Source: a virus
Virus record (IMG/VR): IMGVR_UViG_3300032323_000670
Span: 51,977-115,976 of that record
Reading direction: 5' to 3' (one strand)
Length of the DNA stretch: 64,000 bases
In this document: positions 18,701 to 28,262 of the stretch, piece by piece
Position numbering within the stretch: the first letter of the stretch is position 1
How the letters are laid out: the number at the start of each line of letters is the position of its first letter
Program-made: the position numbers and the translations under genes
The notes under the pieces: model-generated
Database searches by the model: none
What the model saw: only the letters and a program-made list of their open reading frames with translations
What the model was told of the DNA's origin: nothing

Positions 18701-21700
18701 TCCAGTTTACAAAAACGGCACCTGGTGTATATTTACCAGTATCTGGATCAACCGAAGCTTGTTTTTGCTCAAACAACTCTTTATAATTTGCTAGTATAGC
18801 GGTACCTACATTAGAGTTGAGGTCATTAATAAATGTATTCAAAGCAGGCTCAAGCATCTCAGGTAGACCTGTTCTAGTCTGATCAAATATAGATCCCATA
18901 GATATACGGGAGTTTGGATCATTACCTGCTTGCATGAACGCTATAAGAGGTAGTTTAGAGAAGAATGCTGCAATAGCTTCTTTCTCCGCTTCTCTCTCTG
19001 CTATAACTTTTGATGGATCCATAAGATTCATCATCTGACTTGTGTAAGCTGTCAATTTATCAGGGTCCTTTTCTCTAAACTTCTGAGTTAAGAAAGTGTA
19101 ACCTTGTTCTGATTTAGAACGTAATGTCTTTAATACATCATAGTTCTCAGCAAGCGCTTCATTCTGACTTAAGATATAATCAAATCTATCAGCAATTGAG
19201 AATATACCTAACTGTCTATCTGTTTTAAATAAAGCATTTACATTAAATGTATTATCTAATGCTTTGTTTCTTATAAACTCCTCATACAATTGCGGTAAGT
19301 CATAGTTAACTACTTCACCCTCCTTTGCCATTGCAGATAGGTCTGTCATACGTTTTTGTGCAAAGTATCTAAACTCTTGATTCTTCTCAATTGATTTATA
19401 TGGCATACCATCTCTAAGCATCTCACGCTCATAAACAAACTGTCTATATATAGCGCGTGCTTTAGTATCTGGATATCCTGCAAACATATCTATTGGTAAA
19501 TTTGCCACCAATCCTAAACCATAACCTTCTTTAGCAAACGCTTTAGTCTTATAGTCATTATCAATTGCATAGTTATCTACAGCTAGCTTACCTGTTTTTA
19601 TATCATAGAATGCTCCAAATCCTAAGTTTGGTTCTTTTTCAATTGTAACTTCTTTAGAAATATCTGCAGACTTATATGTGGTAGCAGCAGGATCAAAAGT
19701 ATTATGGTAATTATAAAACATGTAAGATGTCAAGTTATTGACAAAGTCAGACTGATATCTTTCTCTTACATCCTTATCCATGAATTGATTACTTAGCACT
19801 CTAGCTAAGTAACTATTAATGTTTCTTACACCTCTTAAAGGAAGTAAAGCAGACACTGCATCCACCATAATATCAGATGCTATGAAGTTGTGAAGGACTG
19901 TCTTATTTAATAAGTTATTAATACTTTCTGTAGAGAATCTATCTGAAAGCTCTCTTAGATTAGCTTCTTTTTGAGTAGCTTCAAATAAAGACTGTTGCTT
20001 GTCTGTATCAAAGTTAAGATTTCTCTTAAGCTCAACATTACCTTTAGCCATGTTCTGAACTTCCAAGAAATGTAAAAACGTTGCTAAAGCATAATCACTA
20101 TCTGTGTTATCAGTCTTAGCTTGCTTCATTAACTCCTCTTGGGTAAAGAAGTAGTTCCCATCATTTAGGAATTCTTGAGCTAGCGATAATACTTCTCCGG
20201 TAGGTTTACTATAAATATTTCCTTTTTTGTCAATAGTAATTGCTAGATCAGGACGATACTTTTCTAATACATCAATCATAGCTTGATACTTAGCAAAATT
20301 TGGATTAGAGATCTCACCTTTTGCAAGTGGGAATACACCATTATACGATTGAACTAACTGTAAGTATTCTCTTACCATTGGTTGAGATGCAAGGGCAACA
20401 GCTGTTTTAATAGGCACCCCTCCCATAACCATGAATTCTACTTCACCTTCAAATTCTTTAACAGCGTTGATGTCAAACACCCAATCTTTTTTAGCTACGT
20501 CTAAGTAACCATTCATGATTTGAGATATTACATCTGCAATGTCATATTCATTATTAGCATCCAGAGTATGACTTAGTGATACAACTTTAGTACCATCATC
20601 TTCTACATAGTAGTTATGATCCATACGTATCACATTTTCTATACTCCAAGAGCTTGTACCTTTGGAGTTATACACAGTAGATACTGGTTGCATTGCTAGA
20701 CCCACACTCTTATATAAAGGAAAGAATGTAGCTCCTGAAGCTAACATACTAATACCTGTCTTACCAGAAGACATAGCAACCGCTTTATCAATATTGTAGC
20801 GGTTCTGCATTATCTTGGTGGGTGAGTTAATTACTTGCTCCTTTCTATTAATAGGACTGAAATCTTTTACAATACCTGTATCATCATCAGTAAAAATGTC
20901 TGTAGAGTTAGGTGTAGTTAAACTAACATAGTTAGCAGGTCTTAATAAAAGATCTGACCAGCTATCAAGTATATCATTTTGATATGCTCTAGGTTTAAAT
21001 GAGTTACTTTCTCTATTGAGTTCACGTAATTTTTTATTTTCTTCTTCAAGTTCAATGTTTCTTCTATCAAGTGTTTCATTCAAGAAGTTTTCTCCAAATG
21101 CTCTCTTTAAGAATTCTCTTTTAACAGTAGCTTCTTCTTCAGTTAATTTGTCTATCTGAGACTGAAAAGAGTCTTCTACATCCTGATAGCTTGCATTTGA
21201 AGCATTTGGATCAGCTATAAACTTATCATAAGCTGCATTTAATTCTTTTCTTAATGTGTTTATAGGTTTTCTATACTTATTTTTTATAGCATTAAACTCC
21301 TCTTCCTGCTCAGGTGTGAAAGGTAACTTTTGTTTTCTCACCTCATCTATATACTCATTATAATCATCATAGATACTAGCAATATAGTCTTTAATCTTTT
21401 TCTTCTCTTCTACTATTTCTTCAAAAGTTTTAGTAGTAGCCTTAGGTCTAGTTAGTTCTATAACACCTTTATTATCACTGATAACAGGTCTGATTACAAT
21501 CAACTTATCAATGTCAAAGTCACCACCTGATTTAGCTACAATCTCTGAAGGTACAATGATTATGTTACCCGCTTCTGCAGGTAAGAACTCAGCAACCTCC
21601 ATTGATTCAATGTAGTTCATACTAGCTGTTGGAATACGAGTACCTCCCATAGTAAGCATCTTGCGATGGTCACCAGTGTTTAACCATTCCTCATCATATT

Positions 21701-24700
21701 TTATTAACTCATTGAGTCTTTCTCTCGTACCTATGACTTTTCCATCAAGATCTTTTAATTTTAGTAACTTAACAAAGTCTCCTTGTAAAGCTACCTTAAC
21801 TTGCATTGATCCAATAGATACAGTTTTTTTAGGGTCATCTGTTACTTTACCTTTCTTATCTAGAGGTCTATAGAATAATAAACCATTTGTACCATACTTT
21901 TCTAGATCTTTTTCAGTTGGTTTAGTAAACTTCTCAAAACCAATACCTGACCCTTGAATGTAAGCTTCACCATAGATCATCTGATCTATAATTCTTTTAT
22001 TTACAAGAGAGTTTACAAGCTTTTCAATTTTTGCTGGATCATTAGCTAGATCTAATGGTAAAAGAATGTTTCCAGTAGAACTAAGCTTTATATAATCTAT
22101 ATCATATAGTGATATGTCTCTCTTAGCTAAGTTAGTTTTAATAAACTCAATGAGCTTTTGCTTATTGATTTTACCATCTGCATAGCCAAGTTCTTTCTTA
22201 AGATCTTCTTTAGCTACATCAATCATCTTAGAAATTGCTCTCTGATAACGTTGCTCTAATGCATATGCTGGTGACTCATTTTCCTTTTCAGTTTCATCAG
22301 TAATTGAATTCCAAAGCTTACGTCTTTTTTCATCACTCATATTAGGTTTGAAATCAACAGGGAATCCTTGCTCTAATACACCAGACGTAATAAGCTTACG
22401 AGCTTGAGTTGGGAACTTCTGTTTGTTATTCCATGTATCATGTGTAGCAAGCTGCTCTTTTAAATACTGTAGGAATATGTCATTTTTAGTAAAGGTGTAA
22501 CCTGGTTTAGTGTATGCAGGCTCAGCACTACCATTACGTTCAGTATAGAAAAGATCTAACTTTCCGTTCTTACCAAGAGATGCTAACTTAGAACCTGAAT
22601 GCATTACAGCATAGGCGATACCTTGAGAAACCATTTTATTATGAAGCTTCTCTAAGTGACTATCTTTAATAACACTAGGTATTAAAGGCATTACTGAATA
22701 CTTGTGGAAAGCATTCACTGGGAAATTACTAGTAGATAGTGCACCACCATACTGCAATTTTTTAACAGGGAAGAATATAGCTAGCCTATCAGCATCTACC
22801 TCAACACCATTAATAATATCTTCATATAGTTTTTGCTTAACTGGTCCCCAGTTACCAAATCTCATCTCTAAAGCACGGTATGCATCAAAGCTAATCCAAG
22901 CTTGAGCATCTGCAGACTTCATGTTTTTATACTCACTATACTTCTTACTATAATACTTTATAGCAGAAGCTTCATCTTGAAATTGTTTTTTGTTAACAGC
23001 TACACCTGCAGCATACTTCACCATTGTATCAAAGTAGATAGAATCTTCAAATGCGTCTTCTAGTACTGCAGTTGATAGAACCTCTCCTTCTAATGCACCT
23101 TTCTCTGGTTCTGGTAAACCCGTATTCTTAAACCAAGCACTAGATGTATATATGCCAGGATTATTAGCAATCACAGATTGTGTTGTGGCACCTGTTACAG
23201 GAATCTTACCTGTTGCAAAGAATGCAGCCACACGTTTCATGTGCTCATCCTTATTATGATTATAAATAGCAGGATCACCATAGACAAGAGTATTCATCTC
23301 CACTCTATGGATAAAGCTAGTGTATACAAAGTTTTCTACTGCAGCAGGGAAAATAGTATCTATCTCAGCATAGACCCTTCTACTTACTTTTTTACCGTTT
23401 TGTAACTCTTCAACATTGTAATCAAATTTCTTTTTTACTTCTGATAGCATTCCTGATCTTTCAGATAAACCATAAGATCTAAGAGTCTCGGTATCTTTAC
23501 TGATCTCGTTGTTAAAATAGTTATTAAGATCTGTCTCTATTCTGAACTTTAAATCAGCATTACTTCTAATAGCACTTCTAAACTCTTCTACAGTATTTAT
23601 ATTACTGTTTATTAATTCATTTTTAACCGCATTACTAAGTATGCCATCAAATACTGTAAACTTAGATCCTGCATCTTCATATGTTACATACTTACCGTCT
23701 TTAAGATAAAGTATGATGTCTGATGCTTTTTCCCCATAGACATTGTTCTTACTAGCCTTTACCTTTTTGATACGCTCAAGTTCTGAACCAACATAATCCA
23801 GTATAATAGCATTAGCTGCATCTCTACCTAGAGAAGCGTTGTTTCCAGATCTAGCTTGAGCAAATAGTTCAGGACGCACATAATAGTTAATACTAGGATC
23901 TCCGATAAGCTTAGCAATATAAGCTGAACTTTTATCAGCATGTTTGTAAGCTTCAGTAGCACCATACATATTTGTAAAGAAGAAATCTCTTAACCATGCT
24001 GTTTGCTTATCAGAATCAGAAGACTTAATGCCTTTTACCATTGATTCTATTTCCGCAGTTAGATTTATTAATTGAGTTCCTTCTAAAGACTTTAAGTCAA
24101 GAGTTGCTCTTACTCCCTTATATCTCATTCTACCTTGAAGATTTGCTCCAAACATTCTCTGGAATATCTGAGATGTTTTTACAGCAGGATTGATGGCAGG
24201 ATTGAAATGAGCTAAGTGAGGTTGAGCTGTAGCACTTTCTAGTGAATCGCTATTATTTAAATCTAATATTACATTACCTGCAGAGCTAGGATTACTTCTT
24301 TCACTTTTTGGTTTCTCCTCAGCTGTCTTAGACATGTAATTAGCATACAGAGGGTTTACTCTTGACTCAATCTCATAAAGCTTTTTAAAATTACCCTCAT
24401 GATTATATACAAGAGAATCTTCTCTCTTTTGCCCGGAATATCTAGTTATATATTCTACATTGCTATTGAAAAGACCTTTTTGCTTATCCTCTAATCTAAA
24501 TTTTAATATTGTATCTACAATACCAGATTCATTAAGATTAGCAATGTTTTCCTCTGTATTAGTTAAGCGTATACCTAGATCCCCAAAGAATTCTATTGGA
24601 TTAATATTTTCTATTGATTTACCAGCATACTTGTTTTTTAAAGCTTTTACACTGATTCTCACATTACCTTGAGCATCATAGCTTTTAAAAGGTGACGGGT

Positions 24701-27700
24701 TATAAGATATAAATTGATTAGCAAAGTCTCTTCCTAAAGCCGCAGGTGCTGAATCAGCAACACCTACAACTACTTCAATACTACTGTCTCTTTTTTTAAC
24801 AAGCATCTTCATGCCCTGTATTCTATCATACCTAACACTATGAAAAAGTAAAACCCATAACGAGTGAGCACCTAGAGATGTATCTGTAGGTTTACCTAGT
24901 TTCCCTAAGAACTGCTGAAGCATTAAAGAGTTAGGATCAAGTTCACCCTTTGTTTTCTTTTCAGAGGCTAGAGAGAGCTTTTCGTACATATCATCTATAG
25001 TATTACTACCCTCAACAGCTGCTGACACAAGATTATATATAACTCTCGGATCAGCTAGTTCTATTCCGCCTATAATATTATACTTGTAACCATCTGGATT
25101 TTCATCAGTTACCTCAACTCTTTTGTGCACAGATCCCATAAGGAATCTCATTTCAGGATTTACCCTTTCATAGTCAGTCTTCTTAGTTCCGTCATTTGAT
25201 TCAAGTTGATTAGTTACAGGATCACCATCTTCTGCATTCTCAGATGTACCTTCAACATATGAAAGCTCCTCATCATTAAGAATAGATTCTGTAGTATCTA
25301 GAAAACCTGTACGCTGATTATAGTAAGCTATTACACCTATTTCTTTGTTGTTATTAAGATTCTCTAAATCTCCAAATTTATCAATAGCATCTTGAATATA
25401 AGAAAGTCTTTTTTCAATAACCTGTTGCTCAACACTACTTGTAACATTATCTAATTGATTAAGGAGCCTATCTCTGTTTGCAACAAAACTATTAAATGCA
25501 TAACGTAAAGCTATCTTCTTTGTCTCTGGATCATAAAGCGTACTAAGAGTATACTTACTACTAGCTTCTCCCGCTAATCCTTCACTTAGCATATCTACAT
25601 AGTCAGATATGTATGAGCCCATTGCTTCTGAAATAGCTAGTGAAGCATCAACATCTATCGTTTTTCTAACTCCCTTTTCATCAATGTTTAATGTTATACC
25701 TGAGTATAATACATCAAACTGAACATTCTCCTGGTTATAGGTTCTATCAACAAAGTCACCAGTATATAATTCATTAAATGCACTATTTAATAGCTCACTT
25801 TCTGTAAGGTGTACAGCTAAAGAGTTATTATCAGCTTTTCCAAATAAAGCTTTGAGTGCTTCCCATAATTTCTTAAAGAAAGATCTGAACTTGCTTGACT
25901 CTGTCTTTTGAGTCTTTGCATATTCACGGAACTCATCTGCTAAGTATTCCTCAGCATAGAGTATATGTTGCATATTACTAAAATCTAAGTCACCGCTGTT
26001 CATAGTTTCCCACTTAGCAGTACCGTGATTATAGTAAGTAATTGTCTTGTTTAGTTTCTTTACCTCATTGTACAATACCTCTCTTTCCTCATTAGTCATA
26101 AACAACTGAGTGAAAGCATGCCATGCTTCATGGTAAAGATCAGTGCTATCAGAGCCTTTGAAAAGAGTTATACCACTCTTTGTAAACTGAGCTTTGATTT
26201 TAGGATTAGTATTAGCATACTTAAACAATACTTGGTAGGGTACAACCTCAGACAGCTTCTTTGTTACTTGCTTTCCCTTACTGTCTCTAAAAGTAATTTC
26301 AGTAGTGTTATACCACTTGTCACCATCTTCAACTTGTTTAGCTGTAGCTTTAACGCTATCATCTCGCATACTGTAAAGTTTGCTAGGATCAATTCTAGCT
26401 TTGGTGGCTTCAATAGCAGCTTTACGAGCATCTTCTGAGAAGGTCATTCCCAAATTAGATAACTTTGGTTTAGACATCTCCTCAATTTCTTCATTAGAGG
26501 TTTCTTCAACCTCTTCTGATTCAGGTGTAATTTTAGACAGAGTCTCAATATTAGCATCATACTTAATGTATCCATTAAGCATCATAACATCTCCATTCTC
26601 ATCTACTTCAGCTTTGATATATGCATTATTAACAAGCCATTCTTTATATGGAATCGGATTGCTTACATATTCAAATTTACCATTACCTAATGGTGTAAGG
26701 CTGAACATGTCTATAGTTCTATTAGGAATTATATAAGACGGTTCATTATATGAAAACTGATTTTTAAATGTCTCAGTTTTACCATCTTCATTTGTTGCAG
26801 TTACGTTTCTGGTAAGAAAGTTTATAATCTTACTTTTTACATCAGGGTCTTTAGGATTTAAAGTTTCACCTTCTAGGTAAATTTGACCTGTTGTAGTATT
26901 AATTGATATACCACCGTCAGCTCCAAGAATAGTAAAATCTCTAATAGCAACATACTTTTGTTGAGCTGAAAGAGGTTGACCATCTGCACCAATGACATCT
27001 CCTGTAAGTAGATCAGCAACTGTATTTGCCATTTCAGGTGTATAGGCAGCCATTGCCAGCCTAACAGCAGTGCCATCAGAAAGTCTTATTAGTTTGGTAT
27101 CCTTCTTACCTACACGACTTATCTCTATTGAGTAGTTAGTTTTTAAATTACTTAATAGCGTTACTGCATCAGAATTATAATTAATGGTACCTTCACTATA
27201 TCCTGTTATATTTAATGGTAGTATCTCTCCTGGATTCTTATCCAAGTACTCCTTCATATTAGTTATGGCATCATAGGCCATTGAGTACTCATTAATAACC
27301 TTTTGTTTAGTTAGACTACTGTCTTTTTTAAGACGGTCTGCAATTGTTTGAACTGAAATACCTAACTGCTCTTCAAGATTATACTCACGGATACCATTCT
27401 CATTAACTTTAAATGAAGGAACGGTTCTTATAGGAAAGTATATAAGCTTTCCATTTTCTTTAGTAGTAACGTTGTAACCGTTATCAAAATAAACATACTC
27501 ACCATTTTTATTAGTAACTACAGCATGAAACTGTTGAGAAGTAATATCCTCTATGTTTTTAACAGACTGCATGTCAGGATAAAGCTGGTCAATAGAAATA
27601 CCACCTTTAACAAGTGATAAACGTACACCGCCTGGGACTCCTTGAAATGAAACTGTCCCCTCATTACTTCTACCAGTTAAGGTCATGATTTTACCTAGCT

Positions 27701-28262
27701 TTTTAATAAAGCCGTAATACCATTCTCTACCTGGTTTACTTTCATTACCTGTAGTACTTAAAGGATTGTATGGTAAGTCAGCACTTACTTTTTTATTAAT
27801 TACTATGACAGGTAACGGACTAGGGTTTGGTTTAGGTTGTAGTCTTTCTCCCTCATCAACACTATTGATTTGTCCAGCTAAATCTTTAGCGCCTTTAGAT
27901 CCTGATTGCTCAGCTATAAAGTTAGCTACATCCTGTAAAGAATTATTGAACCGGTCTAAAAGATTATCTACAGCAGCAACGTCATAACCCTTACCTTTAA
28001 GAGCAACCTTAACATCAGGGAATGACATCATAGTCATCTGTAAAGCGGATGGTACTTGACGAGCAAAGGTGATAGCTTGCTGCGGATCACCTGTCTTCTT
28101 TTCAATTAAGTCATGGATATACTTTACAAACTTTTCTGTATTAAAAGTTTTAATCTTATCATCATTAGCTCTTTCAGTTACAATCTTAGCTACAATAAGA
28201 TTTAAGTTATCAATGTCCTTGGACTCAAGTGTCCATGTACCGTCTGCTATGTTACAAATCAT
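15771..28262 (-). CDS. Virion-packaged crAss-type DNA-dependent RNA polymerase polyprotein (4163 aa)
   Basis: Catalytic GGDFDIDK (DFDID at 21507-21521) preceded by RIPT and IIVPSEIVAKSG; zincin HEAWH at 26118-26132; C-terminal accessory domains. Confidence 0.88.
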   Translation of the reverse strand: MICNIADGTWTLESKDIDNLNLIVAKIVTERANDDKIKTFNTEKFVKYIHDLIEKKTGDPQQAITFARQVPSALQMTMMSFPDVKVALKGKGYDVAAVDNLLDRFNNSLQDVANFIAEQSGSKGAKDLAGQINSVDEGERLQPKPNPSPLPVIVINKKVSADLPYNPLSTTGNESKPGREWYYGFIKKLGKIMTLTGRSNEGTVSFQGVPGGVRLSLVKGGISIDQLYPDMQSVKNIEDITSQQFHAVVTNKNGEYVYFDNGYNVTTKENGKLIYFPIRTVPSFKVNENGIREYNLEEQLGISVQTIADRLKKDSSLTKQKVINEYSMAYDAITNMKEYLDKNPGEILPLNITGYSEGTINYNSDAVTLLSNLKTNYSIEISRVGKKDTKLIRLSDGTAVRLAMAAYTPEMANTVADLLTGDVIGADGQPLSAQQKYVAIRDFTILGADGGISINTTTGQIYLEGETLNPKDPDVKSKIINFLTRNVTATNEDGKTETFKNQFSYNEPSYIIPNRTIDMFSLTPLGNGKFEYVSNPIPYKEWLVNNAYIKAEVDENGDVMMLNGYIKYDANIETLSKITPESEEVEETSNEEIEEMSKPKLSNLGMTFSEDARKAAIEATKARIDPSKLYSMRDDSVKATAKQVEDGDKWYNTTEITFRDSKGKQVTKKLSEVVPYQVLFKYANTNPKIKAQFTKSGITLFKGSDSTDLYHEAWHAFTQLFMTNEEREVLYNEVKKLNKTITYYNHGTAKWETMNSGDLDFSNMQHILYAEEYLADEFREYAKTQKTESSKFRSFFKKLWEALKALFGKADNNSLAVHLTESELLNSAFNELYTGDFVDRTYNQENVQFDVLYSGITLNIDEKGVRKTIDVDASLAISEAMGSYISDYVDMLSEGLAGEASSKYTLSTLYDPETKKIALRYAFNSFVANRDRLLNQLDNVTSSVEQQVIEKRLSYIQDAIDKFGDLENLNNNKEIGVIAYYNQRTGFLDTTESILNDEELSYVEGTSENAEDGDPVTNQLESNDGTKKTDYERVNPEMRFLMGSVHKRVEVTDENPDGYKYNIIGGIELADPRVIYNLVSAAVEGSNTIDDMYEKLSLASEKKTKGELDPNSLMLQQFLGKLGKPTDTSLGAHSLWVLLFHSVRYDRIQGMKMLVKKRDSSIEVVVGVADSAPAALGRDFANQFISYNPSPFKSYDAQGNVRISVKALKNKYAGKSIENINPIEFFGDLGIRLTNTEENIANLNESGIVDTILKFRLEDKQKGLFNSNVEYITRYSGQKREDSLVYNHEGNFKKLYEIESRVNPLYANYMSKTAEEKPKSERSNPSSAGNVILDLNNSDSLESATAQPHLAHFNPAINPAVKTSQIFQRMFGANLQGRMRYKGVRATLDLKSLEGTQLINLTAEIESMVKGIKSSDSDKQTAWLRDFFFTNMYGATEAYKHADKSSAYIAKLIGDPSINYYVRPELFAQARSGNNASLGRDAANAIILDYVGSELERIKKVKASKNNVYGEKASDIILYLKDGKYVTYEDAGSKFTVFDGILSNAVKNELINSNINTVEEFRSAIRSNADLKFRIETDLNNYFNNEISKDTETLRSYGLSERSGMLSEVKKKFDYNVEELQNGKKVSRRVYAEIDTIFPAAVENFVYTSFIHRVEMNTLVYGDPAIYNHNKDEHMKRVAAFFATGKIPVTGATTQSVIANNPGIYTSSAWFKNTGLPEPEKGALEGEVLSTAVLEDAFEDSIYFDTMVKYAAGVAVNKKQFQDEASAIKYYSKKYSEYKNMKSADAQAWISFDAYRALEMRFGNWGPVKQKLYEDIINGVEVDADRLAIFFPVKKLQYGGALSTSNFPVNAFHKYSVMPLIPSVIKDSHLEKLHNKMVSQGIAYAVMHSGSKLASLGKNGKLDLFYTERNGSAEPAYTKPGYTFTKNDIFLQYLKEQLATHDTWNNKQKFPTQARKLITSGVLEQGFPVDFKPNMSDEKRRKLWNSITDETEKENESPAYALEQRYQRAISKMIDVAKEDLKKELGYADGKINKQKLIEFIKTNLAKRDISLYDIDYIKLSSTGNILLPLDLANDPAKIEKLVNSLVNKRIIDQMIYGEAYIQGSGIGFEKFTKPTEKDLEKYGTNGLLFYRPLDKKGKVTDDPKKTVSIGSMQVKVALQGDFVKLLKLKDLDGKVIGTRERLNELIKYDEEWLNTGDHRKMLTMGGTRIPTASMNYIESMEVAEFLPAEAGNIIIVPSEIVAKSGGDFDIDKLIVIRPVISDNKGVIELTRPKATTKTFEEIVEEKKKIKDYIASIYDDYNEYIDEVRKQKLPFTPEQEEEFNAIKNKYRKPINTLRKELNAAYDKFIADPNASNASYQDVEDSFQSQIDKLTEEEATVKREFLKRAFGENFLNETLDRRNIELEEENKKLRELNRESNSFKPRAYQNDILDSWSDLLLRPANYVSLTTPNSTDIFTDDDTGIVKDFSPINRKEQVINSPTKIMQNRYNIDKAVAMSSGKTGISMLASGATFFPLYKSVGLAMQPVSTVYNSKGTSSWSIENVIRMDHNYYVEDDGTKVVSLSHTLDANNEYDIADVISQIMNGYLDVAKKDWVFDINAVKEFEGEVEFMVMGGVPIKTAVALASQPMVREYLQLVQSYNGVFPLAKGEISNPNFAKYQAMIDVLEKYRPDLAITIDKKGNIYSKPTGEVLSLAQEFLNDGNYFFTQEELMKQAKTDNTDSDYALATFLHFLEVQNMAKGNVELKRNLNFDTDKQQSLFEATQKEANLRELSDRFSTESINNLLNKTVLHNFIASDIMVDAVSALLPLRGVRNINSYLARVLSNQFMDKDVRERYQSDFVNNLTSYMFYNYHNTFDPAATTYKSADISKEVTIEKEPNLGFGAFYDIKTGKLAVDNYAIDNDYKTKAFAKEGYGLGLVANLPIDMFAGYPDTKARAIYRQFVYEREMLRDGMPYKSIEKNQEFRYFAQKRMTDLSAMAKEGEVVNYDLPQLYEEFIRNKALDNTFNVNALFKTDRQLGIFSIADRFDYILSQNEALAENYDVLKTLRSKSEQGYTFLTQKFREKDPDKLTAYTSQMMNLMDPSKVIAEREAEKEAIAAFFSKLPLIAFMQAGNDPNSRISMGSIFDQTRTGLPEMLEPALNTFINDLNSNVGTAILANYKELFEQKQASVDPDTGKYTPGAVFVNWSSSIGSLTGALRPSNVRGHSGGAAGADTKWDEIGQEFGPVKFNHYYTGTRSEKNAPKGNVDITELQVAVTGASKVAEAANKMWGNKMKVGKIVPYAYATMKDERLIRNWAQVYYSDAVFAIAPIGKVGDVWSEDVNKKKEEQRIVIKSEIVQGGTGYAVEMAIQAGKPVYVYNDPNAKAQSHLPKGWYTWDGSQFVAIETPTLTRNFAAIGSRGMSAEAEQAIRDVYKKTFGQSAQASAARKTYSGKVDSLQPNQIFVFGSNEGSSKGGKPTHGSGSAKLAKDRFGAIQGQSRGLQGQSYAIVTKKFYDVKKSSTPEEIIDEIKGLYEYAKQNSNKEFLVSDYSETNLNGYSGKEMADMFNAAGPIPSNIIFNEKFDKLVSPKPTVETSTQVDVSQQAVANIPQNKVSGINSFGSTVTANPEVIEALGPNAHSIDMIEAGFRTRTTRSEGEMGKYGIKVGDVVKHYGKSADGTTKTVYARVTSIHPKGSAGWKGTWTKEGWRDDDVSVIDRFKDGAAAIEFEVIQPTAQTPVKEGVTELFDSNPELSSIGTPQQYSQYIDSIFPDSKVKDIVYHGTSAQFDKFNDRDSLEGFGSGAIFLADLNYATEFAGTRSSESPIVLPVIINVKNPVVISNVKFNRRRLKPGFVPPSRTQDARDLLSYYKYNDGLIGVDYSDMENTTHVVRKSDQTHILGTKQDLEGFKNFVASQPTIAPVTTQAASFERVQTERLGETGGPFPGLIKNQPGVPTVVNTQTAEVMKPALIYDELKFVSNGTYALDTKAVQEIGAANPGKLFVFDDFFLTETGVSMDAVDKSQTRQAWMPGKAMGISLGIPTLAAPVSTAIPVTDQNYDKLKAQIDKALDRLLEKKGQGMEIVFPSRGLGQTFVGFDIQPTENVRTNNRPAPSLFVYLSKRLLQDFAYQNPTLSLLTSQTPGVTTTLGTESGSEFVQGYYKGIGAQTVTDTDVKEFFKKCKGLS

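Noticed and set aside
4030-28262. Inteins or self-splicing introns in PolB or RNAP
   Set aside because: No C/S...HN splice junctions, LAGLIDADG or HNH motifs, or frame breaks were noticed; the catalytic motifs are contiguous.
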